NCBI GenBank assembly: GCA_964016885.1
Contig: OZ024740.1
Span: 93,620,001-93,684,000 of the forward strand
Direction: 5' to 3'
Source: Eledone cirrhosa
Lineage: Eukaryota
DNA: 64,000 nucleotides
This document shows, one piece after another, positions 50,601 to 62,339 of this stretch (positions are counted from its first letter, which is position 1; every line of letters begins with the position of its first letter). The position numbers and the translations under genes are program-made. Below the pieces are notes generated by a model. That model did not search any database, had not been told where the DNA came from, and saw only the letters and a program-made list of their open reading frames with translations.

Positions 50601-51240
50601 GAGCAAATCATGGAATAGCTTAGATAGGGCTAGACATAAGATAGGGAAGGCCACATCATGGTACGACAACCAGAGATATCAGAGTGTCATGTTTGTGGAC
50701 GCCACCCCTGGAGGGAAATTAGCTAACCAGTGTAGAAAGGCCCTGAGAAAGACCCACTTAAAAATAAAGGTGGTAGAAAAGCCAGGAACCACCATAAAAT
50801 CCCTGATCAGCAAAACTTACCCTTTTAAGAAAACCCACTGTACCAATAGGAAATGTATCATATGTAAGGTGAACCCCCGGATAAACTGTAAAACTAGAAA
50901 CGTAGTCTATAGCATAAGATGTACAGAGGGTACTTGCAGAAACACGACAACAACATACATAGGTGAGACAGCTCGTAGCATAGGTGAAAGGATAGACCAA
51001 CACTGGGGGGAACTAAAAGGACGAAAAAACGGGTCAGTACTATACGAACATGCTAGACAACATCATGACGGTAACATAGACAACATAGAAATTAGAATAA
51101 TATCTAAACATAGGAATGACCCAGCAGATAGGCAAATCAGAGAGGCCAGTGAAATAGAAATTAGAAGACCAAAGCTAAACAGAAATAATGAGTGGAACAA
51201 CAACACCCAAACAAACAACACTGACCTAAGAGAAGTATAA
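47614..51240 (+). CDS. PLE polyprotein: N-terminal domain, Asn-rich insert, reverse transcriptase, Cys-rich linker, C-terminal GIY-YIG endonuclease (Neptune-like architecture)
   Basis: Uninterrupted 1208 aa with PTDKSG, LYGLRKDHK, SMDVVSLYPSI, QNEGAAIG, RYVDDI, CTNRKCIIC..C and NVVYSIRC..YIGET..R..H..E..LN. Confidence 0.96.
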   Translation: MTLPKYNNICFDTRFHIKNLAKLIHRRYGISLCQAERLLKDTVFCYIKTTITTEQIRFLKHCVSSKTYTTNISKQVNNLLLNKTQAERLKHTITVNMKRTTYTKVNALYRQKRINGKEIRNLITANERDDFMSVIRRETKYAQNECCRHFKKKLEWMNKKKLQERKIEYSQKYPDNIDNIRMSDVKLPEEFTNDHTVNIYGNTLISEQEQQILKLPPKFAIYKKINPMECKTELEKCFTKIRWNAKVNNNNNNNGSSNINNNSGYRNNSHNHNNGRKVRDSDNGNNTSDRQNNNNHNNNNNRNVNHRHSNSDHSSNNGNNTNNNNNNNHSGNNGNSTCSNINKNKKHNNSNNHNGRDSSNNNNNGEVNNNTSSNHNNNNINAKDRNNNNHHDNNNSNTHNYDDRNNDNPLEKLFFNPADKTYKMGNIYPTRLPFNKRVCIPQQIDDETEAQFTIARNKIRQVVDRYTMRQSRPEAQQLGIKPVEGLVSLKQRTRDGEVVCLPTDKSGRMSIDSMPNYIEAMQPHITNTSEVAQLTHDGREKILNAHMMMWTDILKPSRRTANNFQASNNGIPPLYGLRKDHKTVDDPTIGPPTRPVCGANIASNYRISYFLSMVIRPIINMSPDVCESTEDLLSRISECNKNRSLSNCIIGSMDVVSLYPSINIDFAVKRCVEMIIESEVEFCDVDTDELGLLLRLTYDTEYLDSHDLRCFCPSRPIRGRPPTITSMAKKTPIGRWIGWTKAIRTPQNTDQVRKMVAHAIGASIKTTLKGHIFKFNEKIYTQNEGAAIGVSIAGDVANLFMVWWERRLKDLLNESSIDLIMYSRYVDDINIVIRTPPLESTNKFDLERSTMESIQQIANSIHQSITVTIDFPSKHPNNRLPVLDTELWINTIDERAQILHSHYAKPMASKYLILKNSAMSSSAKFNILIADLVRVMKNVSSMCDPTEMEGHIQHFINRMQFSGYNQRDRVRVYEGAMEKYKTLIELDMKGICPLYRSKSWNSLDRARHKIGKATSWYDNQRYQSVMFVDATPGGKLANQCRKALRKTHLKIKVVEKPGTTIKSLISKTYPFKKTHCTNRKCIICKVNPRINCKTRNVVYSIRCTEGTCRNTTTTYIGETARSIGERIDQHWGELKGRKNGSVLYEHARQHHDGNIDNIEIRIISKHRNDPADRQIREASEIEIRRPKLNRNNEWNNNTQTNNTDLREV

Positions 51241-51507
51241 ATAAATAAGTAAATTAAATTAAATAAAATAAGATAAATAAATACATACACAAGCACATAA
51301 ACACACACTAGTCACCCAGCAGACACAACACTATACACACTAGTCACACATCACACATAACACTATACACACACGCAAACGCATGCGCAAAGAAGACAAA
51401 ATAAAATAAGATAAACAAACAAGCAAATAAATAAATAAATATATAGACAGACTGAACAAAAAAAATGGCGTAGACATACAACACAACAGGAGGAACAATG
51501 AATATAA

Positions 51508-51550
51508 CACCACTGACGATGTTGCAGATGTGCAACGAAAGATTTATGTA
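51508..51550 (+). ncRNA. Minimal hammerhead core in the 3' pLTR (5' pLTR copy at 47386-47428 has GAAA>AAAA)
   Basis: CA-CTGACGA-t-GTTGCA-GATG-TGCAAC-GAAA-GAT-TTA-TG. Stem I is weak. Confidence 0.6.
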
Positions 51551-51757
51551 AACTATATATATATGTGTTTGTCTATATTGTATATGTATTATTTTTGACC
51601 GCCGGTCAGTCAATGGCAACATTGAGGACCGAGTAAGTTAGATCGCAGATATATATATATAAAAGACAGCGAGAAGCGAAAACCAACCAAACAGTGAGTG
51701 TGTTCTGTTATTAATTCTGGCAATATTACGCAAATATGACCCTCCCCAAATATAACA

Positions 51758-51791
<34 letters not shown>

Positions 51792-51793
<2 letters not shown>

Positions 51794-54101
51794 GATATTA
51801 AACAAATGGAAACTATATTTATAAAACCATATTTATTTCGTTATATATATTTCTGGGATATCATATTAAAAATATGGTATGCCTTCCTCAGACAAAATAC
51901 AATATATAAGCTGTTTTATAAATAATTTTGACATACCTTAGAATAATGCAACTTACATTTAAAAAGTTGATTTGGTAGTGAAACTGTTAGGACAGTTATA
52001 TAGAAAGAAAGACGAAGAAAAACGAAGATGAAAAGAAGAAGATGAAGAGATGTATGTAAATAAAAAAAGAAGAAGAAGAAGATGAAGAGATGTCTGTAAA
52101 TAAAAAAAGAAGAAGAGATGTATGCAAAGAAAAACAACAGAGCGAGATAGAGAGAGAGGGAGATATGGGAGAGAGAAATACATTGAGGAAGTGAAAAAAA
52201 TAGTAGGCAGCTTGGGGACAGATGATCATCGATATGTGAGAGGTTAAGGAGGGAAGGGATACAGTTAAAATAGCCGACACATAAATCATGTCAAGTGTAG
52301 AGGAGAAAAAGAAAGAAAGGTGATTTATTTAAAATATATTAAAAATATATCATGTCTCATCCATTTGAATTATCAATTTTTATGAATTAGGTATTATAAT
52401 GTAAATATCAGTATTCATGAATGAGACACATATCCATAATGTGTGAAAAAATGACCCCATGCTTAGTTTAAAAATTCTTAGGTCTATAAGCAAAATCTGA
52501 GACAAGACTTCAAACATAAGTATATATGCATTCTCGTGAAAAAAGAAAAAAAGAGAAAAGAGAAGGTAATCTCAAATTCAAGTTGATAATTATAGACACA
52601 CATGTGAACTTACGTGATATGCTCCACAGATTCTTATTTTTCATGAAAACCTTCATTGCGTTACAAAAGATTCCACCATACATATATGTAAATACATATA
52701 TATATATAGACATAAAATATACATTAACATTTAAAGTAATATTCCTGCCTCACTTACATGATCATCGATCAAGCATAGAATAGACAACAGATATCAATAT
52801 TAAAAATTAAAAATTAATGTTCCCAATCTTTTGAATAAATTTTTAAGCTAGATAAACTTCTATAATAAATATAAGAGCATTTGCAGAATAAGTTTTGAAT
52901 GATTTCTGCTAAATAAGGTTTGTCGAAGAATTTTGGTTTTTGTTTGCTTTTGATTCTGATTGCTTCTAATGAACTTGACAACATTTGTCAAATAAATTAG
53001 AAGGGTGGTTTTATGTGACTGATATGCGTGGCATTCTATGTTCTCTTACGTCCCTAGATACTCTGTGAAGTGACGAAGATATTCTTGGCGTTTTTAATTT
53101 TTAATATTGATATCTGTTGTCTATTCTATGCTTGATCGATGATCATGTAAGTGAGGCAGGAATGTTAATGTATATTTTATGTCTATATATATATATATAT
53201 GTATGTACATATATGTATGGTGGAATCTTTTGTAACGCAATGAAGGTTTTCATGAAAAATAAGAATCTGTGGAGCATATCACGTAAGTTCACATGTGTGT
53301 CTATAATTATCAACTTGAATTTGAGATTACCTTCTCTTTTCCCTTTTTTCTTTTTTCACGAGAATGCATATATACTTATGTTTGAAGTCTTGTCTCAGAT
53401 TTTGCTTATAGACCTAAGAATTTTAAAACTAAGCATGGGGTCATTTTTCACACATTATGGATATGTGTCTCATTCATGAATACTGATATTTACATTATAA
53501 TACCTAATTCATAAAAATTGATAATTCAAATGAATGAGACATAATATATGTTTAATATATTTTAAATATATCATCTTTCTTTCTTTTTCTCCTCTACACT
53601 GGACGTGATTTATGTGTCGGCTATTTTAACTGTATCCCTTCCCTCCTTAACCTCTCACATATACGATGATCATCTGTCCCCAAGCTGCCTACTATTTTTT
53701 TTCACTTCCTCAATGTATTTCTCTCTCCCATATCTCCCTCTCTCTCTATCTCGCTCTGTTGTTTTTCTTTGCATACATCTCTTCTTCTTTTTTTATTTAC
53801 ATACATCTCTTCATCTTCTTCTTCTTTTTTTATTTACATACATCTCTTCATCTTCTTCTTTTCATCTTCGTTTTTCTTCGTCTTTCTTTCTATATAACTG
53901 TCCTAAAAGTTTCACTACCAAATCAACTTTTTAAATGTAAGTTGCATTATTCTAAGGTATGTCAAAATTATTTATAAAACAGCTTATATATTGTATTTTG
54001 TCTGAGGAAGGCATACCATATTTTTAATATGATATCCCAGAAATATATATAACGAAATAAATATGGTTTTATAAATATAGTTTCCATTTGTTTCATATCG
54101 T
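51792..54101. repeat. ~1-kb-arm inverted pLTR-like pair (51792-52815 / 53091-54101) with ~275-bp spacer
   Basis: The arms are reverse complements with a few differences. HHRs lie at 51835-51898 (-) and 53995-54058 (+). Confidence 0.9.
53995..54058 (+). ncRNA. Type I hammerhead motif
   Basis: ATTTTGT-CTGAGGA-(imperfect stem II with CATAT/ATATG)-GAAA-TATAT-ATA-ACGAAAT, with palindromic stem III. Confidence 0.7.
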
Positions 54102-54187
54102 AAACATACTCCAAAAACTGTTGAGTGCTTTTATATCAGTTATAAAATATTTACTCGTTGTAACCCAACATTTTAAAATAAAATTTT

Positions 54188-54260
<73 letters not shown>

Positions 54261-54331
54261 ATACATATACACATACACATATACATATACATACATACAC
54301 ACACACATATACACACATACATACACACACC

Positions 54332-54383
<52 letters not shown>

Positions 54384-54420
54384 TACATACATACACACAC
54401 TTATATACACTTATATACAC

Positions 54421-54495
<75 letters not shown>

Positions 54496-54575
54496 AACAC
54501 ATATATAAATAATAAATAAATAAATAAATAAATGCACAGAGAGAGAGCCACACAAACACTTACACACAAATGTAT

Positions 54576-54610
<35 letters not shown>

Positions 54611-54645
54611 CACACATACACACATACATATATACACACATATAC

Positions 54646-54742
<97 letters not shown>

Positions 54743-55019
54743 CACACACATGTGTACACATACCCATACACACACATACATATACATACACATACATATA
54801 CACACATCCACACAAATATATACACATACAAATAAATAAGTACTCAATAAATATACGCATATACACAGGCACATAAAAACACCTCTACAGGTAGAAAATG
54901 CAGATAGGTAAGAGGTACTCACATAACCATAGTGGCCGTATTTCAGGTTGAGGAGGGGTGGGGGTTGTGAGAAGGAGGTATAGGGGCCAATAGGAGGAGG
55001 TCGTTTTTAGCCATCGGCC

Positions 55020-55620
55020 TTTAACACTGGCTTAAATTATTTGAAAGTTGCAAAGTTCTTGTGCATGCAGTTCGGGCAGTGTTCAGAGAGTTTGTTCAGT
55101 AGCGGGCCCTTGGCGAATAAACTTTCGTAGCTCTCTGAGATACAAAGATCGCAGCCCTTGTGTCCTTCGTTGTAAGAGCGCGCCTACGAGAGTATTTTCC
55201 ATTTAAGCGTGAAGCGGGTGGAGTTCCTTTTGAGGTCCCAAACATAGGAGGCGGGTGTTGTCTGGTTTGATTTGTCCGGTCTTCTGAAGAAGTAGGTATG
55301 GGTATACCAACGGGTCTTAAAGTTGTTGGAGGTCATGCTGATGTAAGTTTTTTTGCAATCATCGGTGCCTGAGCTGACATCGCATTTGTATACGATATCA
55401 TTTGTGAGGCCTTTGTTTTCAAGTGGGCATGCTTCCATATTTAGGCAATTACACTTTGCCCCAGTCCGGGGATTGAGTTCGGAGGTGGTTGGCTTATTTA
55501 ATTTTTTAGAATTGTGGTTGTCTATATTCCTAGCTAGTTTAGGTGTGATGGAGTAGGAGAGTCTTATTGTGTTCTTATTAAAGATGGTGTGGTACCTATG
55601 TTGTACGGGGAAGTGTAATT
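55020..55620 (-). mobile_element. PLE 3' fragment (GIY-YIG)
   Basis: CPLENKGLTNDIVYKC..KTYISMTSNNFKTRWYTH..ASYVWDLK. Confidence 0.85.
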
Positions 55621-55630
55621 TCAGTATGTA

Positions 55631-55690
<60 letters not shown>

Positions 55691-55697
<7 letters not shown>

Positions 55698-56290
55698 ATA
55701 CTTTGGGAGGGTCATGTTGCCAATAAGAAACACACGCACCAGTTGCTTTCACTTCAATTTAATTTATTAAATATTTATAAATTTACAAATTTATAAATTT
55801 CTGGTTGGTTGGTTGGTTCCACAACCAGATAGTTGTTTATATATATATAGTCATAGTTCTTTCGTCACACACTCTGTGACCTCTTCAGTGACTGGGGATT
55901 TCTTTCTTCGTTTCTGTGCCTTTCCTTTCTTCTATCCTACGCCATTTTGTTTGACAAACAAAATGTTTGACAAACAAAATGGCGTAGGATAGAAGAAAGG
56001 AAAGGCACAGAAACGAAGAAAGAAATCCCCAGTCACTGAAGAGGTCACAGAGTGTGTGACGAAAGAACTATGACTATATATATATAAACAACTATCTGGT
56101 TGTGGAACCAACGAACCAACCAGAAATTTATAAATTTGTAAATTTATAAATATTTAATAAATTAAATTGAAGTGAAAGCAACTGGTGCGTGTGTTTCTTA
56201 TTGGCAACATGACCCTCCCAAAGTATAACAATATCGGTTTCAACACACGATTTCAGATAAAGAATCTTGCTAAACAAATTCAGAAACGAA
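55691..56290. mobile_element. Inverted pLTR pair of a sister family of the intact PLE
   Basis: 55691-55955 is the reverse complement of 55967-56233. The ORF start [22 protein letters not shown] at 56209 matches MTLPKYNNICFDTRFHIKNLAK. Confidence 0.9.
56031..56075 (+). ncRNA. Minimal type I hammerhead (inverted copy 55849-55893)
   Basis: AGTCA-CTGAAGA-g-GTCACA-gagtg-TGTGAC-GAAAG-AA-CTA-TGACT. Confidence 0.8.
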
Positions 56291-56388
56291 ATATATATAT
56301 ATATATATATACATATATATGTATGTGTGTGTGTGTGTGTATATGTATGTGTGTATATGTATATGTGTATGTGTATATGTATATGTAT

Positions 56389-56444
<56 letters not shown>

Positions 56445-56625
56445 ATATATATATATATGTATATATGTATATATATATGTGTGTGTGTGTATGTATGTGT
56501 ATACATGTATATATATGTGTGTATATGTATATATATATATGTGCATATAAATATATATGTATATATGTGTGTATATATGTATGTGTATGTGTGTATATGT
56601 GTGTATATATGTGTGTATATGTGTA

Positions 56626-56676
<51 letters not shown>

Positions 56677-56872
56677 ATATATGTGTGTGTGTATATATAT
56701 ATATATCTATATCTATATATATATAAATATATATGTATGTATGGTGTATGTGTGTATATATGTGTGTGTGTATGTGTGTATATATGTATATAAGTGTATA
56801 TGTATGTGTGTGTGTGTGTGTGTGTGTGTATACATATGTGTGTGTGTGTATGTGTGTGTATGTATATGTATG

Positions 56873-56939
<67 letters not shown>

Positions 56940-56946
<7 letters not shown>

Positions 56947-59900
56947 CAAATAACGAAACGAAATTAAATTTCGTTTCGTTTGTAACTCACTTTTGTATGA
57001 CTGACGCTTAAACAATTAAGTTAAAAATGTACATCCACATATGTATACTGAAATACTAGTATGCATATGAATACACACACGTGTACATATGTAGATGTAC
57101 CGAGTTTTTCACTGGTCACTTTACTGTGAGTGTCCAGCTATTCTGTATGTAAACACGCAGACAAACCGGTTTTTAGAGTCATACTGGTTTTTGAGGAAAC
57201 ACCTTTCCTCTATTCTCCAGAAAGCCAGACAAGGAATATTGGACTAGTTTCGATGTTGTTACATCTCATCAGCAATATTTACCTATCTTCCGGCCTTTCT
57301 AGAGAATCGTAAAAGCACATATCGTTATATGCTTTTTCTATGAAAATTAGTAGTGGGCAGACTAATTTGCATAGAGCGTAAGTACGTACCGGTTCAGCGG
57401 AGACGATAAAAACAAATAACGAAACGAAATTAAATTTCGTTTCGTTTGTAACTCACTTTTGTATGACTGACGCTTAAACAATTAAGTTAAAAATGTACAT
57501 CCACATATGTATACTGAAATACTAGTATGCATATGAATACACACACGTGTACATATGTAGATGTACCGAGTTTTTCACTGGTCACTTTACTGTGAGTGTC
57601 CAGCTATTCTGTATGTAAACACGCAGACAAACCGGTTTTTAGAGTCATACTGGTTTTTGAGGAAACACCTTTCCTCTATTCTCCAGAAAGCCAGACAAGG
57701 AATATTGGACTAGTTTCGATGTTGTTACATCTCATCAGCAATATTTACCTATCTTCCGGCCTTTCTAGAGAATCGTAAAAGCACATATCGTTATATGCTT
57801 TTTCTATGAAAATTAGTAGTGGGCAGACTAATTTGCATAGAGCGTAAGTACGTACCGGTTCAGCGGAGACGATAAAAACAAATAACGAAACGAAATTAAA
57901 TTTCGTTTCGTTTGTAACTCACTTTTGTATGACTGACGCTTAAACAATTAAGTTAAAAATGTACATCCACATATGTATACTGAAATACTAGTATGCATAT
58001 GAATACACACACGTGTACATATGTAGATGTACCGAGTTTTTCACTGGTCACTTTACTGTGAGTGTCCAGCTATTCTGTATGTAAACACGCAGACAAACCG
58101 GTTTTTAGAGTCATACTGGTTTTTGAGGAAACACCTTTCCTCTATTCTCCAGAAAGCCAGACAAGGAATATTGGACTAGTTTCGATGTTGTTACATCTCA
58201 TCAGCAATATTTACCTATCTTCCGGCCTTTCTAGAGAATCGTAAAAGCACATATCGTTATATGCTTTTTCTATGAAAATTAGTAGTGGGCAGACTAATTT
58301 GCATAGAGCGTAAGTACGTACCGGTTCAGCGGAGACGATAAAAACAAATAACGAAACGAAATTAAATTTCGTTTCGTTTGTAACTCACTTTTGTATGACT
58401 GACGCTTAAACAATTAAGTTAAAAATGTACATCCACATATGTATACTGAAATACTAGTATGCATATGAATACACACACGTGTACATATGTAGATGTACCG
58501 AGTTTTTCACTGGTCACTTTACTGTGAGTGTCCAGCTATTCTGTATGTAAACACGCAGACAAACCGGTTTTTAGAGTCATACTGGTTTTTGAGGAAACAC
58601 CTTTCCTCTATTCTCCAGAAAGCCAGACAAGGAATATTGGACTAGTTTCGATGTTGTTACATCTCATCAGCAATATTTACCTATCTTCCGGCCTTTCTAG
58701 AGAATCGTAAAAGCACATATCGTTATATGCTTTTTCTATGAAAATTAGTAGTGGGCAGACTAATTTGCATAGAGCGTAAGTACGTACCGGTTCAGCGGAG
58801 ACGATAAAAACAAATAACGAAACGAAATTAAATTTCGTTTCGTTTGTAACTCACTTTTGTATGACTGACGCTTAAACAATTAAGTTAAAAATGTACATCC
58901 ACATATGTATACTGAAATACTAGTATGCATATGAATACACACACGTGTACATATGTAGATGTATAGAAAAAGCATATAACGATATGTGCTTTTACGATTC
59001 TCTAGAAAGGCCGGAAGATAGGTAAATATTGCTGATGAGATGTAACAACATCGAAACTAGTCCAATATTCCTTGTCTGGCTTTCTGGAGAATAGAGGAAA
59101 GGTGTTTCCTCAAAAACCAGTATGACTCTAAAAACCGGTTTGTCTGCGTGTTTACATACAGAATAGCTGGACACTCACAGTAAAGTGACCAGTGAAAAAC
59201 TCGGTACATCTACATATGTACACGTGTGTGTATTCATATGCATACTAGTATTTCAGTATACATATGTGGATGTACATTTTTAACTTAATTGTTTAAGCGT
59301 CAGTCATACAAAAGTGAGTTACAAACGAAACGAAATTTAATTTCGTTTCGTTATTTGTTTTTATCGTCTCCGCTGAACCGGTACGTACTTACGCTCTATG
59401 CAAATTAGTCTGCCCACTACTAATTTTCATAGAAAAAGCATATAACGATATGTGCTTTTACGATTCTCTAGAAAGGCCGGAAGATAGGTAAATATTGCTG
59501 ATGAGATGTAACAACATCGAAACTAGTCCAATATTCCTTGTCTGGCTTTCTGGAGAATAGAGGAAAGGTGTTTCCTCAAAAACCAGTATGACTCTAAAAA
59601 CCGGTTTGTCTGCGTGTTTACATACAGAATAGCTGGACACTCACAGTAAAGTGACCAGTGAAAAACTCGGTACATCTACATATGTACACGTGTGTGTATT
59701 CATATGCATACTAGTATTTCAGTATACATATGTGGATGTACATTTTTAACTTAATTGTTTAAGCGTCAGTCATACAAAAGTGAGTTACAAACGAAACGAA
59801 ATTTAATTTCGTTTCGTTATTTGTTTTTATCGTCTCCGCTGAACCGGTACGTACTTACGCTCTATGCAAATTAGTCTGCCCACTACTAATTTTCATAGAA

Positions 59901-60688
59901 AAAGCATATAACGATATGTGCTTTTACGATTCTCTAGAAAGGCCGGAAGATAGGTAAATATTGCTGATGAGATGTAACAACATCGAAACTAGTCCAATAT
60001 TCCTTGTCTGGCTTTCTGGAGAATAGAGGAAAGGTGTTTCCTCAAAAACCAGTATGACTCTAAAAACCGGTTTGTCTGCGTGTTTACATACAGAATAGCT
60101 GGACACTCACAGTAAAGTGACCAGTGAAAAACTCGGTACATCTACATATGTACACGTGTGTGTATTCATATGCATACTAGTATTTCAGTATACATATGTG
60201 GATGTACATTTTTAACTTAATTGTTTAAGCGTCAGTCATACAAAAGTGAGTTACAAACGAAACGAAATTTAATTTCGTTTCGTTATTTGTTTTTATCGTC
60301 TCCGCTGAACCGGTACGTACTTACGCTCTATGCAAATTAGTCTGCCCACTACTAATTTTCATAGAAAAAGCATATAACGATATGTGCTTTTACGATTCTC
60401 TAGAAAGGCCGGAAGATAGGTAAATATTGCTGATGAGATGTAACAACATCGAAACTAGTCCAATATTCCTTGTCTGGCTTTCTGGAGAATAGAGGAAAGG
60501 TGTTTCCTCAAAAACCAGTATGACTCTAAAAACCGGTTTGTCTGCGTGTTTACATACAGAATAGCTGGACACTCACAGTAAAGTGACCAGTGAAAAACTC
60601 GGTACATCTACATATGTACACGTGTGTGTATTCATATGCATACTAGTATTTCAGTATACATATGTGGATGTACATTTTTAACTTAATT
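56940..60688. mobile_element. Retrozyme-like array of 466-bp units in two divergent arms (56940-58963 sense -, 58964-60688 sense +)
   Basis: Exact 466-bp period, also seen in the repeated 60-aa ORF track entries. Eight canonical HHRs, and (TA)n on both flanks. Confidence 0.88.
59025..59069 (+). ncRNA. Canonical minimal type I hammerhead (also 59491-59535, 59957-60001, 60423-60467 +; 57235-57279, 57701-57745, 58167-58211, 58633-58677 -)
   Basis: AATATTG-CTGATGA-GATGT-AACA-ACATC-GAAAC-TA-GTC-CAATATT. Confidence 0.93.
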
Positions 60689-60694
60689 ATATAT

Positions 60695-62325
60695 ATAAAA
60701 TATGTAGTTTAGAAAGCCACAACAATGCAGATGGGAAATCTCGAGGTAAGAAGTGAGTGAGAAATAGGAGAAAAGTGAAAATGTAAATGAAAACAAAACA
60801 AAGGTAGAAGGGTTACCGTAGTGGAGATTTAATCCCAATATTTCGGGCTCACACCCATCAACGGGGGAAAGTTCCAAAAGGGGGGGAACAGGCAAGCCGG
60901 AGAAAGTTGTATTGTCGTTAAAACTTAGGAATGCAGTTATGGGGAAAATTCAAACGAGGGAAAGAATGCGCGTGCGCGTGATAGGCTGTGGCAAAAGCTA
61001 CTGACCAATTGGGTTAAATCAATAGGGTGCGCTAGCGTGTGAAAGCCGTAAAATATGTGTGTGTAAATATATATGTGTGTGTAAGTGTGTGTGTATATGT
61101 GTATGTGTGTATGTATGTGAGTGTGTGTGTGTGAAAGATAGTGGGGGGGGGCCGTAGAAGCTGGAAAACAAAGAGTGTGAAAGGTGGTAGGTTGTATACA
61201 CATGTGTGCGTGTATAAATATAGATGTGTGTGTGTATATGTATGGGTATACATATAAGTGCGTGTGTGTGAAAGATAGTAGGTCGTAGGGGCTGTTACTG
61301 GTCACTATGGTTAAATTAGCCATGTCAGCTCATTTCTCTCAGCCCGGTTGTTAAGTGGGGGTCTGAGGTTCTTAATAACAAGTGCTTCCTTTATCCTTAA
61401 GGATCCGATGCTGCGTTCAGTCGCTAGGACTGTGACCAAGGGTCTGCCCTGTGGGTTTCCGCATTTAAGGATGTGTTTACGGAAGGAAGATGCGTTGGTG
61501 TTGACATGTTCCTTGATTCGAAAATGTAGGGGTCGGATGGTGCTACCTATGTAGAACTTGTTACGTTTATCGCATTGAATCTTATATACGACATAGGTGC
61601 GTAGGCAATCTGCCCCCCGTATCGGGCAGTTGCTGAGGGAACACGTCCCATCTGACTCGTCAGGTTTGTTGGAGAGGCATCTTCGCAGCGAAGGTCCTGT
61701 GTGGGCCAAATGTATGTCAAGTCCCTCCCTCCGTATGGCCCTGCGGATGGCGTTCGTGGTATATTCACTCAGGTGGGGGATTTTAAAGAAGCACCTGCTT
61801 TTACCTATGTTTCTAGTAGGTGTCTGTCTATTGGGTCTGGGGTCTCTAATTCCGTTAATCAGTCGCTTGGGATATCCATTAGACTTGAGTAGATTACGGA
61901 ATTGCGTGGTATGGGTGAGACCACCCATCGGGTCGTTGCATCTATTAGTGATCCGTGTAAGTGCATTTAGGAAATAGCCTCTCTTAGCGTTGTTGGGGAG
62001 GGCTGAGTTGTAATGCACAAATAAGTCCTTGCACGCTGCCTTGCGGTAGAAGGTGGTGTTTATGTCTCCTTCTTCCGAGATGTTGATACGGAAGTCGAGG
62101 AGGGCGAGTGACCCGTCTTCTCCAGGGTGTTCGATGGTGAAATCGACGTGATGGTCAGTGTCGTTGAAGATTTGGTGAATTTCATTCGCCATCTCCCTGG
62201 AAGAAGTGAGTATCAGTATGTCATCGACGTATCTGGAGTAGAAGGCGACGGCGTTGGGTTGGCAGGTGTTGAGTGCTTTGCGTTCCAGGTGGTCCATGTA
62301 CGAGATCGCAAGTATGCCGGACAGA
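60695..62325 (-). mobile_element. 5'-truncated PLE with an open RT C-terminus + GIY-YIG frame (61311-62297) and 3' UTR
   Basis: YSRYVDDIL, LLDF, CSLSNCPIRGADCLRTYVVYKIQC..FYIGSTIRPLHFRIKEH..EAL..PPLN. A degenerate HHR lies at 60833-60868. Confidence 0.92.
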
Positions 62326-62339
62326 CGTGACTATGTGTG

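Larger units (their letters stand above)
47141..51760 (+). mobile_element. Full-length, apparently intact Penelope-like element inserted in (TA)n
   Basis: Inverted ORF-start tail 47141-47224, 5' pLTR 47221-47639, intact ORF and 3' pLTR 51343-51760. The pLTRs are nearly identical. Confidence 0.95.

Noticed and set aside
57130-60572. Eight identical 60-aa ORFs (MSSYSVCKH...) suggesting a multicopy gene
   Set aside because: They start at a non-ATG codon, have no recognisable domain and run antisense to the hammerhead. They are a by-product of the 466-bp repeat.
56940-60688. CRISPR-like or ordinary satellite interpretation of the array
   Set aside because: There are no variable spacers and no cas genes, and the context is eukaryotic. 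The perfect HHR and hairpin content argue against an inert satellite.
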